A model generated the notes under the pieces. The model was not told the DNA's origin, did not search any database, and saw only the letters and a program-made list of their open reading frames with translations. Positions 40,359-50,627 of a stretch of 64,000 nucleotides of DNA are shown here, in pieces. Numbering within the stretch: position 1 is the first letter of the stretch; every line of letters starts with the position of its first letter. Made by a program: the position numbers and the translations under genes. Source of the stretch: an uncultured Poribacteria bacterium (GTDB lineage Bacteria; Poribacteria; WGA-4E; WGA-3G); NCBI GenBank assembly GCA_958296135.2, contig CATQHZ020000001.1:4576001-4640000 (forward strand), written 5' to 3'.

Positions 40359-41231
40359 TTAGCCAAGCCCGAGGAGCGACACGATATCCAAACCAAAAGG
40401 CTTCAGGATGAGGTTTGCTGAGTAGGCAAGCACGGTAGCGACAAGCACCCCTTTAATCCACCCTTCGCCCTTTGCGACTGCCCAGTGGCTGCCAATCCAC
40501 GCGCCGGTGGCGTTACCGATAGCTAAGGTTATCCCTAACACCCACACAATCTGGCCTTTGCTGATAAAGATGCCGAGCGCGATAATCGTATAGGCGAAGA
40601 TAATAAACACCTTGAGCGAACTGGTAATCACCAGGTCATCGCCATCAATAATCCGCAAAGCCGCGATAATCAGCAAACCCGTGCCAGCCTGAATGAACCC
40701 ACCGTAGATGCCGATAAAAAAGAGAACAATGCCCGTGATGATTTTGTGGTGCGTGTCGCCAGGGTTGATTTTATCGTGCAGCCACTCCGTCGGATTGAAT
40801 AGCGTTAAAAGCAGCATGCTCACGAGGACAACGGCGAGAATCGGCTCAAATACTTTATCACCCGTTCTTGTCGCGAGAAAGGCACCGATCGCCGCCCCTG
40901 CAACCGCCGGGATTGCGAGGGCAATGGCATAACGGAAATTTGAAACCCCCTTGTTCCGGAACCCAAGAATAGCACTGAGGTTTTGAAAAAGGATTGCCAC
41001 CCTATTCGTGCCGTTCGCGTACGGTGTCACATTCTTATTCTCGGCAGCACTACCTGCCGCCGGGAGCGTATCGGCGAGAGCCGGGAGATCTAACAAAAAA
41101 ATCAGCATTGGCAGTGTCAACAGAGAACCGCCGCACGCAAGCGTATTCAGGAAGCCCGCTAACACGCCTGTCCCGAGAAGCAGGGCGAGGTATAAAATAT
41201 GGCTCTGAATGAACTCAAGCAATTCAAACAT
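40359..41231 (-). CDS. TauE/SafE family sulfite exporter-like permease
   Basis: AGFLNTLACGGSLLTLP, GIYGGFIQAGTG. Confidence 0.85.
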   Translation of the reverse strand: MFELLEFIQSHILYLALLLGTGVLAGFLNTLACGGSLLTLPMLIFLLDLPALADTLPAAGSAAENKNVTPYANGTNRVAILFQNLSAILGFRNKGVSNFRYAIALAIPAVAGAAIGAFLATRTGDKVFEPILAVVLVSMLLLTLFNPTEWLHDKINPGDTHHKIITGIVLFFIGIYGGFIQAGTGLLIIAALRIIDGDDLVITSSLKVFIIFAYTIIALGIFISKGQIVWVLGITLAIGNATGAWIGSHWAVAKGEGWIKGVLVATVLAYSANLILKPFGLDIVSLLGLG

Positions 41232-41544
41232 TTGTGTTTTTTCCCTTTCGTGACCCGCGGCGGGAAGCCGAACGCGAGACAGCGCGGTTTGAACGCCGCT
41301 GTGTCGTCTTCGCGAGTCCCATTAAGAAAACGGCGACAAGATTGCCGAACACAACCGCGCATCCGAGCCCTGTGAGCAACAAAAACCCGCCGATGCGAAG
41401 CAAGCCATCGCCAAACGGACAGGCCCACCTCGCACTGAAAATAGCGAACGCGGGAATGAGCACTCCAAGCATAAATCCCACAACCGCAGCGATACCGGCG
41501 ATGTTCTGATATTTTTTCAACGCCGGTAATTGGACTTCAAACAT
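41224..41544 (-). CDS. Small two-TM hypothetical protein
   Basis: Two hydrophobic helices, AAGGA RBS, overlaps the tauE start. Confidence 0.6.
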   Translation of the reverse strand: MFEVQLPALKKYQNIAGIAAVVGFMLGVLIPAFAIFSARWACPFGDGLLRIGGFLLLTGLGCAVVFGNLVAVFLMGLAKTTQRRSNRAVSRSASRRGSRKGKNTNV

Positions 41545-41671
41545 TTCGTATCCTTTCTACATCCTTTTCGATTTTGACATGGCGAGGGACAGGCCCTCGC
41601 CCTACGATAACCAACCCTTACTCCCGTAGCGCGAGGGCCCGTCCCTCACAAACTCGCAACGGAAAAGGGCG

Positions 41672-42694
41672 TTAGTAATAGCCGAGGTATCTATCCCTAC
41701 CCTGCACCAGTGCCTCTATTTTCCTATCAACAACCGAACGTTTGAGCATCCAAAAACCGCAGTCCGGATGCACCCAACCAACCCGTCCGGGGCCCAATAC
41801 CTTTTCCGCTTTCTCGATGCTTACCGCCACCGCGTCCGGCGTTTCAACGGGGTTGACTTTTACGTCAATCACACCGATACCGAGGACAATATCCGCCGAG
41901 ACCGCTTTGAGTGCCTCCAAATCTGCCGCCGGCCGATGCTTCAACTCTAACACGAGATGATCGCACCGGAGCAGGTTCAAGAAATCGATCAGCGCGCTCC
42001 AAGTCCCTTTTTGGATAACCTGCCCGCCGTAGTTACCGAAGCAGAAATGCACCGCCTTCTGTCCGGGAAACGCGTCAAGGACGATGTTAATCGCAGCAGC
42101 GGCAAGGGGGCCATCGTGTGGATTGCCCGGTATATTCGCCTCATCAATTTGGAGGCAGGCGCATTCAAGTTCCTGCACTTGCGCCGCCAAGACTTCCGCC
42201 AAAGCGGTGAGCAACGCCTCAAAATCGCCGTAATGCTTATCCAACAAGGTGCGTGCAAGCATATAGGGACTCGTCACGGTGAACTTGATATCCTCGCCAG
42301 CGACGTTCGTCATCCGTTGACAATCCGTGACAAGGTTTAGCGTGCCCTCGCCGAGGGACGCGTGAACAACCCCCGCGGGCTTCGCGCGAAATGCCATCGT
42401 CTGCAGCTGCCGAAATTCGTGCCACTCCTGTCGGCCCACTTGTGCCCGAATGCCCTCTAACGGCCGAATAAAATAGTCTATCATCCCGTTCGTATCAGGG
42501 TGATTGACATCAAAGCGGTAGAGTTCGCCATCCGTGGGCATATCGATGCCGTGTTGCCGTTGAATATCGACGACAACGCGCGTCGCATCGATGAGTGCCT
42601 CTTCAGTCGGCATCGCCGAAAGCCACTGTGGAATCGGGTAAGAACCGACGGTTGTGGTTAAAATGTCGGGTTTTTTCTCTGTTGAATGTTTCAT
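41672..42694 (-). CDS. Cobalamin-independent methionine synthase II family (MetE C-terminal-like)
   Basis: TVGSYP, TDGE, QIDE, HFCFGN, PDCG Zn ligands. Confidence 0.85.
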   Translation of the reverse strand: MKHSTEKKPDILTTTVGSYPIPQWLSAMPTEEALIDATRVVVDIQRQHGIDMPTDGELYRFDVNHPDTNGMIDYFIRPLEGIRAQVGRQEWHEFRQLQTMAFRAKPAGVVHASLGEGTLNLVTDCQRMTNVAGEDIKFTVTSPYMLARTLLDKHYGDFEALLTALAEVLAAQVQELECACLQIDEANIPGNPHDGPLAAAAINIVLDAFPGQKAVHFCFGNYGGQVIQKGTWSALIDFLNLLRCDHLVLELKHRPAADLEALKAVSADIVLGIGVIDVKVNPVETPDAVAVSIEKAEKVLGPGRVGWVHPDCGFWMLKRSVVDRKIEALVQGRDRYLGYY

Positions 42695-42804
42695 ATCATT
42701 TGCGGCCCACGACTCAGGAAACCTTCTTTTCCCCGTAGCGCGGGGGCCTGTCCCCCGCGAGCACTCAACTAAGGTATCGCGAGGGACAAGCCCGCGCCCT
42801 ACGA

Positions 42805-43842
42805 TTAAGGTAGCGTCAGCTCAAAGGACTCCAATTCAAAAACCGTTTCGACAGTAACTTCGCCCCGGGTCTGCGCTTGTGTGAATTTGATGATACCGAC
42901 ATCCGGAGCAAGCCACTTATTCACAACAGTAATGTCAAGCGGGAAGTCCTGATTACCGATATCAAATCCCCACCGAAATGACTCTTGAACCTGAAAGACA
43001 TGCTCAAACGTTCCCGCTGGCACGCTGACTGTTTCTTCGGAAAGCACCTCAAATTCGTCAAGTCCGCCACCAATAGGAAACAGCTCGGGAGTCAATTGCG
43101 CCTCAAACTTGACATCCCATGCCTCTCCCGGAATGAGCGGAAATTGGTAGAGCGGTAGAAACGGAACAAACATAATCGTGTCTGTCGTGCCCGAAGTCGT
43201 ATTTTGCGCATGTTGGACAATCGCAACAACCTCACCCTTTTCGTCAAGTTTATTGCCGAGGTAGGTGTAGTTCACGACGTTTTCAAGCCCGTCAGCCGTG
43301 CTAGATTTCTGAAGGACAAAACTGTCGACTGTCTTCCCGCCTTCCAATTGGATTTGTATGGTATCCACGATTTCAAACGTAATTTGCGTGCCTTTCTCGT
43401 CGCGGTATCGCCAGATATTCCCAACCGCGAGAGGATAATAGTTTCCTGGGCGAACGCGCCAGACGCGTAGATCCAAGGTGCTAGTCGTTGATTTCGCGCC
43501 ATCGCTCACGGTAAGCTCAATCTGGTATTTGCGTTCCGTTTCGGGTGCCGCCCAGACTGCGCCGGTATCAGTTTCAGTTAACTCCCCTTCCGTCGCCGAC
43601 CAGGTGAACGTCAAGATATCGTTCTCGAGGTCTGCCACTTCCACACGGATAGGCACGTTCGCGCCCGGCGGCACGATATCCGATTCGGTTTCAAAAACCA
43701 GAATCCGTGGGGCGAAGTTGGTAGCGCCGCCATCATCGCCGCCGCATCCTGCAGCGATGAAGAGCGGCAGGACGCAGAAAAGCAGTGGTAACCAGCGATA
43801 ACCGATTTCGGGACCGGAGAGCCCTCCTACATCACGATGCAT
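42805..43842 (-). CDS. Hypothetical lipoprotein (PKD/Ig-like plus beta-rich domain)
   Basis: Lipobox IAAGC; D.ENDILTFTWS...VSDG; YYPLAVGN.W.Y; VPAGTF; WLAPDVG. Confidence 0.75.
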   Translation of the reverse strand: MHRDVGGLSGPEIGYRWLPLLFCVLPLFIAAGCGGDDGGATNFAPRILVFETESDIVPPGANVPIRVEVADLENDILTFTWSATEGELTETDTGAVWAAPETERKYQIELTVSDGAKSTTSTLDLRVWRVRPGNYYPLAVGNIWRYRDEKGTQITFEIVDTIQIQLEGGKTVDSFVLQKSSTADGLENVVNYTYLGNKLDEKGEVVAIVQHAQNTTSGTTDTIMFVPFLPLYQFPLIPGEAWDVKFEAQLTPELFPIGGGLDEFEVLSEETVSVPAGTFEHVFQVQESFRWGFDIGNQDFPLDITVVNKWLAPDVGIIKFTQAQTRGEVTVETVFELESFELTLP

Positions 43843-44572
43843 CGGGTTTTCCTCGTAACACCTCACGCGAGCGCGCCGCGCCGTTACCAGTGACGTTGTA
43901 GGCGAACGTGTTCATCAGCCGGTCGCGCTGCGAGTCGTTCGGCGCAGACCCGTGGATGATCAGCGCGTTAAAAAACACGCCGTCTCCGGGCTCCATTTCC
44001 ACGGCGACAGCGTCTTCGCGTTCGTGATAGTGCCCGGGGAGGAACACGCCGAATGTCTGCTGCTTCCGCTCATGCTCTTGCAGCCCCCATCTATGGCTGC
44101 CGGGGACAAATTGGATGCACCCGTTCCCCAAATTCGCCTCGCTGATGGCGAGTTGGCAGTTAATCATGACAGGCTTGTTGTCATCATTTTTCCAATAGGC
44201 GTAATCCTGATGCCACGGGATAGCCGTGCCATCGCCGCCCGCCTTCGGAAGCAACTTGCTATGGAAGAGCGAAATATCCGGCCCCATCATCGCCTCCAAG
44301 CAGTCAAGCACCGCGTTGGAACGAAGCAGTTTATTGAGCGTGGGGCTCACGAGTTCGCTGTGCATCAGCTGCTTAATCCGCGGCGGATGGTCTGCCGTAT
44401 CGTAGACTTCCCACGAAATGCCGATACCGTCGGCGGGAGTTTTCGCCATGCGGTTATGAATGTCTTCAACCTCCACCTGAATCCGCGCAATGTCTTCGGC
44501 CGAGACAAGCCCTTTTTTCAGGAGGTAGCCATTTTCCTCATAAAATTGCTGTTCTGTGGCTGTAATTCCCAT
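43832..44572 (-). CDS. Phytanoyl-CoA dioxygenase (PhyH) family
   Basis: YEENGY, PWHQD, NGCIQFVPGSH, HGS. Confidence 0.9.
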   Translation of the reverse strand: MGITATEQQFYEENGYLLKKGLVSAEDIARIQVEVEDIHNRMAKTPADGIGISWEVYDTADHPPRIKQLMHSELVSPTLNKLLRSNAVLDCLEAMMGPDISLFHSKLLPKAGGDGTAIPWHQDYAYWKNDDNKPVMINCQLAISEANLGNGCIQFVPGSHRWGLQEHERKQQTFGVFLPGHYHEREDAVAVEMEPGDGVFFNALIIHGSAPNDSQRDRLMNTFAYNVTGNGAARSREVLRGKPDAS

Positions 44573-44612
44573 GTTGTCGCTGAGCTCCTTTCTATGATTA
44601 TGGACAAGATAT

Positions 44613-44641
44613 ATTATATAGCATTTTCAGCGAAATGTCAA
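44613..44641 (-). promoter_or_regulatory. sigma70 promoter for the phyH operon
   Basis: TTGACA-17-TATAAT on the minus strand. Confidence 0.75.
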
Positions 44642-44678
44642 GGGTATTTTTCCTCAAACGAAATCACCGCCCACGAAC

Positions 44679-44914
44679 CGTAGCGCGAAGGCTTGTCTCT
44701 CGCAATCCCTCAACTGAGACGAAATCACCACCCGCGAATCGTAGCGCGAGGGCCTGTCCCTCGCGTTCATTCAATCCTAACTCAAACCGTAGCGCGAGGG
44801 CCTGTCCCTCGCGTGCATACTGAGACGAAATATCCACCGCGAACCGTAGCGCGAGGGCCTGTCCCTCGCGTTCGTGCCATCCGGCATGGCGGGGGACAGG
44901 CCCCTGCCCTACGG
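44679..44914. repeat. Cluster of GTAG-type REP elements (4 direct, 1 inverted)
   Basis: CGTAGCGCGAGGGCCTGTCCCTCGC at 44679, 44740, 44788, 44845; inverted copy 44888-44914; same family dispersed at e.g. 18865, 22302, 24844, 40238, 41581, 42734, 53413, 55897, 63363. Confidence 0.85.
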
Positions 44915-45153
44915 TGTCATAACAGAAAAAGAAATAGGCGATTGAAGCGCGCCCGAAGGACGCACCTCAACCGCCTAAATCATAAAGGTTTGCGTAGGAG
45001 CACGGATGAAAACCTGTCCTTCGCCGCGATGAAAGGTTACGTGCGAATCAATATCTTGCCTGTCGCCGTTGCCAACCGGTACGGAATCCACGTTTCGGGT
45101 TGAACAGACAGATTCAGAGATCTGCCCTTACAAACCGAATATGATTACCAAAG

Positions 45154-45999
45154 CTATTGACCCGAGGTTACCCGGAAATAGTCAAACGAGACTGTGAGTC
45201 TACCGGGAGCTTCGTATTGGCAGATACCAAGGTAGAGCCCGACTTCTAGCGGCCCCTGGAGCACCACGGTTGTGCTACCGAGAGAAATCCACTCACCCTC
45301 TGCATTCGGCTTATACCAGGCCTCATATTCGTCGCCGTTCCGCGACAAACGCATCTTGATTGGGATATTTCCTTGTGGCGGATTGTAGTTTGGGGCAGCT
45401 CCCACAACCGGTCGCAAACGATGTTGATATTGGAGAAACGCTGTCTGCGGGGTACCCCGGCCACGGATTGGTTCACCTTCAAAAATATCCTGGACGTTGC
45501 CATTTTCGTCTGCAACACCATGTCCCCATATCTTCAGGAGCACCCATTCACCATCACGCCCAAAGGCATCCTTTGTTGTTGGTGAATAGATGACGAGCCC
45601 TGCGATTGAACACACATCTTCGTGATCGAAAACCAGCGAGGTTTCCACGGTAAACTCGTCCTCGTCGGTTACCTGATAGAACCGTGTCGCGTTACTGTAA
45701 CTCCATAAATTTTGATTGAAGGCCCCCTCAACGACAAGATGTCCATCTCTCAACTCATAGGGGCTTTCATCACCGTTATAGACCTGCCAAAACGGTTGAA
45801 TCTGGCCGCTGCCATCAAATTCGTCGCTCCGCAGCATCATTGGCGACGGATCCGCACTCACCTCCGCGGGAGTTCCGATACCTAATGAATCGGGAGATGC
45901 GTCGGTAGGAGGTGCTAACATGCTCGGTGTCTGATCACATCCAGCGAAGGAAAGCACAGCCCCAATTAAAATGACAATAACTAACGTTGATTTTAGCAT
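45154..45999 (-). CDS. Lipoprotein with ConA-like (DUF1349-like) domain
   Basis: Lipobox FAGC; SDEFDG, SPTTKD..GRDGEWV.LK.WG shared with 61648 and 62556. Confidence 0.75.
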   Translation of the reverse strand: MLKSTLVIVILIGAVLSFAGCDQTPSMLAPPTDASPDSLGIGTPAEVSADPSPMMLRSDEFDGSGQIQPFWQVYNGDESPYELRDGHLVVEGAFNQNLWSYSNATRFYQVTDEDEFTVETSLVFDHEDVCSIAGLVIYSPTTKDAFGRDGEWVLLKIWGHGVADENGNVQDIFEGEPIRGRGTPQTAFLQYQHRLRPVVGAAPNYNPPQGNIPIKMRLSRNGDEYEAWYKPNAEGEWISLGSTTVVLQGPLEVGLYLGICQYEAPGRLTVSFDYFRVTSGQ

Positions 46000-46347
46000 G
46001 TTGACTTCCTTTTCCATAGAGGCCGATAGGCGCGCTTTGGCATCGCGCACGAACTATCAAATGCAGCCGTCAGCATTACGAATAATTTGCGTAAATTGTT
46101 CGTGTGAAGTTGTGAAGTATTTGAAACACTACGATAGATCGACAACCGCAATGCCTCTTTTCAAAACGAAAATAAATAATAAACATTCAATGGAAGATGC
46201 AGGGACAAGTTTAAAACCTGCCCCTACCAATCAACCGATACCAACGTCCTGTCTGTCGTTCGGGCTCGCTGAAGTCCACAATCGGCGAGATTCGGCGAGC
46301 GCGCCCGAAGGACGCACATCAACCGCCTCACTCATGGAGTTATGGTC

Positions 46348-47322
46348 TTAAGGGGTAACAGCCCTCACACAACGGAAACCAAATATGCTACTCGTGAGCA
46401 TAGGCGTATAGAATTCGCGAGAGGCGACGCGCACGCCATCCGCTTGAGAGTTCCAAGACCCGCCGCGCAAGACGCGGGCGGATTTAACACTTTGAAAGTT
46501 ATCTTGTATCCATTTGATCGTAGGTGCCCCAGAGAGCGGATTCCGGTCAGGAGAATCAGCGTAGAAATCGAAACGCCATTCGTCAAGACACCATTCCCAC
46601 ACGTTCCCCGCCATGTCGTATAATCCATAGTCGTTCGGCGCATACCGCCCAACCTCTGTCGCTTCACCAACATGCGGGTAGTAATTGGCATTCTGGGGGG
46701 AAATCGTGTTACCCCACGGATACTTTTTGCCCTTCAGCCTACCGCGGGCAGCGTATTCCCACTCTGCCTCCGTTGGAAGCCGTTTATTTGCCCATGCCGC
46801 ATACTCCATAGCTGCATACCAACTCACATACACTACCGGATAGTTGGCTTTCCCAATAGGATAGGTATTGCCATTCCAATCGTTGAGGTACTGGCCACCG
46901 TGGAATTTCGCCTGAATGTTCCCTTTTTGCCACTGCGAATTCTCATCGATAAACGCCTTATACTCGGCATACGTCACCTCGTGTACATCCATGTAGAACG
47001 CATCCACGTAGACGGTATGCACCGGCTTTTCATCGTCGTCTGCATCTGCATCGATGCTGCCCATCTGGAATTCTCCGGCGGGAATGAGCACCATGTCTCC
47101 GCGCGTGGGTGGTGCCACGGGTGGCATCGTTGTGTCCACGCTGCTCTCCGGGGATACCACGGGTGGCATCGTTGTGTCCACGCTGCTCTGTTGTCCCTCG
47201 GATGGGGGCATTGTGTCTCCACCGCCCTTACCGGGAAGCATCTCGCTTGTCCTCCTACAGCCATCCACAGCCATTACAAAGGCGACTACTACTAAAATGA
47301 GAAGCGTTTTTATTTTTTTCAT
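46348..47322 (-). CDS. Lipoprotein with SUMF1/FGE-sulfatase (CLec-fold) domain, probably non-catalytic
   Basis: IPAGEFQMG, RLPTEAEWEYAAR, GLYDMAGNVWEW, RVLRGGSW, GFRC; no FGE Cys pair; repeated DTTMPPV linker. Confidence 0.88.
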   Translation of the reverse strand: MKKIKTLLILVVVAFVMAVDGCRRTSEMLPGKGGGDTMPPSEGQQSSVDTTMPPVVSPESSVDTTMPPVAPPTRGDMVLIPAGEFQMGSIDADADDDEKPVHTVYVDAFYMDVHEVTYAEYKAFIDENSQWQKGNIQAKFHGGQYLNDWNGNTYPIGKANYPVVYVSWYAAMEYAAWANKRLPTEAEWEYAARGRLKGKKYPWGNTISPQNANYYPHVGEATEVGRYAPNDYGLYDMAGNVWEWCLDEWRFDFYADSPDRNPLSGAPTIKWIQDNFQSVKSARVLRGGSWNSQADGVRVASREFYTPMLTSSIFGFRCVRAVTP

Positions 47323-47396
47323 ACTAAACTCCCTGGGGTGAAAACTTGGATAGCAAAATGTAGGGGCAAGTTCAAAACCTACCCCTACAAATCAAT

Positions 47397-49010
47397 TTAC
47401 TTCCTGACAAGCATCTTGCCCGTCGCCGAGAAATCACCCGCGGTGAGCGTGTAGAAATACACGCCGCTGGCGACGCGCTCGCCGAGGTCGTTCCGGCCAT
47501 CCCAATACGCGGCCTGGCTCTTGCTCTGATAGACACCAGCCGCCTGATGTCCTAACGCCAGAGTGCGAACCAAGGTGCCATTCACAGCGTAGATGGACAC
47601 CGTGACATCCGTGGCTTTCGCCAACTGATACGGAATCCACGTTTCGGGGTTGAACGGATTCGGATAGTTCAGCAGCAACTGCGTCTCTTCCGGCACCATT
47701 GCCTGCAACAGCCGTTCAAGATTCGCGATGCCGAGGTCGAAAATGGCTGCCCCGTCGTCCTCAACCTGCGCCAGGTCGATCCACGACTGAATCGTTTCAG
47801 GCGTGAAGTCTGTCTGTTCTCTAACGCTTGCGGACAGCGGCGCGGTTCCTACCTGATCGTTCGCCCCCCTAACCTCAACGGGTGCCACTGCCTTTCCCCA
47901 GTTTGGATGTCGGGAGATCAAGATGAGATCCAGCGTATTGACAATCCCATCGTTATTGACGTCAGCGCGCGGATCCGCGGGAACTTCACCAAGTTCTGCG
48001 GCTATCACGACCAGATCCATAACATCCACCAGTCCATCCCGATTGACATCCTCTCGGGGATACTGGTGTGTCGCAACCACCGGGTTGCTGATAATATGGT
48101 AGGATATCCGGTTATGTTTTGGTCGGCTTGAAGCCTGGTCGAAAACCAGTTCAGGCACTGTCAGCCGGCCGGCATTACTGATATGAGCGGAATTACTGAG
48201 TTGCACATTATGCAGCCCCAATGCTTCCTCCGCAAATTGCTTGATCTTGAAATCGATCTGCAGCAATTCGCCAGAGCCATTGACACCGTCCACGGGATCG
48301 GTGAGGACAGTAGCACCATCGGCATCCACAGTCCTGCCAACACGCGCTTGCCAGATACCGGAGATTTTGCCTGCACTCATGGTACCGGACTGAAACGCGG
48401 CATCTACGTCACCGAGTGCCAGAAAATCACCTTCTCTGACTTCAACGGCCTCTAGCACCACCGGATTGTAGGCAATATCCATCTGCCAGCCGGCTAAATC
48501 TGTCACATATTTGATCCCGATCGAGTATGTGAAGGTATCGCCGACAGCGAGAGGGAGGTCCTCAACCTTCGGAGTCGCAACAATGCGGGTTATTTCCACC
48601 TCTTCGCCCACCTGAAAAGCATGGACGTAGAGAGCATCAAGTGTCGTTGCATCTGCTTCGATTCCAATGCGTCCTGCCACATGGAAAGTCACATTGGTGT
48701 GTATTTTCCCAAAACGATCGGTGACTCCGCTTTTTGGATCGACTGATGCAACCGTAGGATCCGGCTGTATGACGCGATTGTTACTGTCCACAAAACCGAG
48801 AACCCGAAATGTGACAGTTTCGCCCGCCTGCACAGCACCGTCGCGTCTGAGGGTAATGGTGAGCGGCGTTGTATCACCTACCTGATACTTTTTTTGAACC
48901 CGTTCAACCTCAGTTTCCGCTTCAAACGTAATTTGCGCAGCGGCGTTCCCCGTAAGCATCAAGACAAACCCGATGCATACAAGCGTCAGTAAAATTGAAA
49001 ACGTTTTCAT
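47397..49010 (-). CDS. Secreted Ig-like, cohesin, dockerin and T9SS-like CTD protein
   Basis: VGDTFT...DLAGWQMDIAYNP.VL...GSGEL..I.F (cohesin); DVNRDGLVDVMDL and DVNNDGIVNTLDL (dockerin); YPNPFNPETWIPYQL...SGVYFY...KMLVRK. Confidence 0.85.
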   Translation of the reverse strand: MKTFSILLTLVCIGFVLMLTGNAAAQITFEAETEVERVQKKYQVGDTTPLTITLRRDGAVQAGETVTFRVLGFVDSNNRVIQPDPTVASVDPKSGVTDRFGKIHTNVTFHVAGRIGIEADATTLDALYVHAFQVGEEVEITRIVATPKVEDLPLAVGDTFTYSIGIKYVTDLAGWQMDIAYNPVVLEAVEVREGDFLALGDVDAAFQSGTMSAGKISGIWQARVGRTVDADGATVLTDPVDGVNGSGELLQIDFKIKQFAEEALGLHNVQLSNSAHISNAGRLTVPELVFDQASSRPKHNRISYHIISNPVVATHQYPREDVNRDGLVDVMDLVVIAAELGEVPADPRADVNNDGIVNTLDLILISRHPNWGKAVAPVEVRGANDQVGTAPLSASVREQTDFTPETIQSWIDLAQVEDDGAAIFDLGIANLERLLQAMVPEETQLLLNYPNPFNPETWIPYQLAKATDVTVSIYAVNGTLVRTLALGHQAAGVYQSKSQAAYWDGRNDLGERVASGVYFYTLTAGDFSATGKMLVRK

Positions 49011-49564
49011 TACAATCTCCTATTCGTTAAATGAGCGAAAAATTCTTCAACCGAAAAACCTTTCACCTTTATAGATAAGCACCCCATCAACAATCCGAAG
49101 ATTTTTGATGAGATTCCACAAATTCCAAACCGACCGGAGCCCGTTCGGAAATCTTCGTCAAACCCTGCTGCCGTTGCAGCGGGCGCGAGGCACGATTGAA
49201 CCCACGCGGGTTTTCGCGTCCTCGATGCCTCGTCGTGAGGCAAACAGCGGGGCGCGCCCCGCATTCCGTAGGCAGGCAAGTTGCCTGCTGTTCGGTTCGA
49301 TTAAATCTCCCTGCCTCGCGGTAACAGCGCAACCACGAACACGTCAAGACGCAAGCAGGCTGTCCCCTGACAGACGTAGGATGCAGTGAGGGGCCAAGTG
49401 CTTCGTCCGCGCACATTTTCAACTGAGGTGTTAACGTAGTTCGTTTGATTCATCAGTATCGCCGTCGCCCGTTTGGAGCGTTCAAACTTCGTAGTAGCGT
49501 CCAATAGATTCTGTTAGGCTGGTGACGAAGGGCACTCCCTGCACCGAGCCTGACGATTTTCTAA

Positions 49565-50026
49565 ATGATAACCGATTTAACCATTTTTGTCAAGGCTGTT
49601 ATGAAATGATTTCTACTATGGTAACCGATTTGCATTATTTTATCAAGCCGTTTTCTGAAAACCCGCAAAGTGGGCGCGACTTCAAAAACGACAACTGCAT
49701 CATTCAATACGTTAATTATACACGATTTTGCATTATTTGTCAAATTAAAATGCAAAAACGCGTAGTTTTCCATTATGGTAACCGATTTTCACATTTTTGT
49801 CAAGGCCATTTTTCAAACCTCGCGCAGCGGGCGCGGCTCCGAAAAAGGCAGCGTTACCAATTAACGTCTTTAATTGTACACGATTTTTCAAAATGTACCA
49901 AATTAAAATGTCAGAAAAATGAGAACATGCCTCAATTTCTTGAAATGTTAACACAACGTGCCGCTAGATGCCAAATCGATTGACTTTGCTGCGATTAATT
50001 ATACACAAATTATCAAAATGTGTCAA
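49565..50026 (-). promoter_or_regulatory. Array of six tandem sigma70-like promoters
   Basis: All with 17-nt spacers: TTGACA/TATCAT, TTGATA/TACCAT, TTGACA/TATAAT, TTGACA/TACCAT, TTGGTA/TACAAT, TTGACA/TATAAT. Confidence 0.75.
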
Positions 50027-50161
50027 CTCTTTTTGTGAAAAAAATAGAGCCGTTTCGTTTTTCCATCGGTATCGTTTTGGTTTTTGCAGCAATCTGTGCA
50101 GAGCGAGGGACAGGTTTTCCTCGTCCCACGGAAACAGCACAGATGTCTTCAAAAAAATTTG

Positions 50162-50190
50162 TTGACCTGCATCACGAAATTTGCTATAAT
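50162..50190 (+). promoter_or_regulatory. sigma70 promoter for the MazG-like operon
   Basis: TTGACC-17-TATAAT. Confidence 0.65.
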
Positions 50191-50222
50191 GACAGAAAAT
50201 GCCATACATCGGAGAACATCTC

Positions 50223-50561
50223 ATGGACTACACACTCCAAAACTGTCAAAAACTCGTTGACGACTGGATTCACGACATCGGCATCCGCTACTTCTCGGAA
50301 CTGACCAACACGGCGATTCTGATGGAGGAAGTCGGGGAACTCGCACGGCTCATGGCACGCCAATACGGTGAGCAGAGCTTCAAGGAAAACGAACGCAACC
50401 GCGACCTCGGAGAGGAAATGGCGGACATCCTCTTCGTGCTTCTCTGCTTGGCGAACCAAACCGGCGTAGACCTCGAGGCGGCTTTCAAGCAGTCAATTGA
50501 GAAGAAGACGCGGCGCGACACCGAACGCCACCAAAGCAACGTGAAATTGAGAGAGTTGTAG
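50223..50561 (+). CDS. MazG-like nucleotide pyrophosphohydrolase (YpjD type)
   Basis: LMEEVGELAR...EEMADILFVLLCLANQTGVDL. Confidence 0.9.
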   Translation: MDYTLQNCQKLVDDWIHDIGIRYFSELTNTAILMEEVGELARLMARQYGEQSFKENERNRDLGEEMADILFVLLCLANQTGVDLEAAFKQSIEKKTRRDTERHQSNVKLREL

Positions 50562-50627
50562 GCGCGACCTCCCGGTCGCGAAACCGTAGGAGCAACCTCC
50601 CGGTCGCGCCTACCGAGGATTCAAACA

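Noticed and set aside
44679-44914. CRISPR-like array of ~25-bp repeats
   Set aside because: Spacing is irregular, spacers resemble each other (GAGACGAAAT...), one copy is inverted, the same repeat is dispersed across the window, and no cas genes are present. It is a REP cluster.
44693-45103. 136-aa ORF with TVARGPVPR repeats
   Set aside because: It is a translation of the REP cluster, with no RBS or domain signal.
46348-46480. Possible DGR variable region in the FGE/CLec protein
   Set aside because: No template repeat, reverse transcriptase or avd seen in the window. A remote DGR cannot be excluded.
46348-47322. Sulfatase-maturing FGE for the arylsulfatase
   Set aside because: It lacks the catalytic Cys pair after RGGS and looks like a lipoprotein.
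49011-49560. tmRNA, RNase P RNA or a known riboswitch
   Set aside because: No tRNA-like ends or tag peptide, no GAGGAAAGUCC motif, and no recognisable aptamer consensus by eye.
49010-50224. Short ORFs in the intergenic region (e.g. 49522-49983)
   Set aside because: No RBS or domain signal and atypical composition; explained by the promoter array and hairpins.
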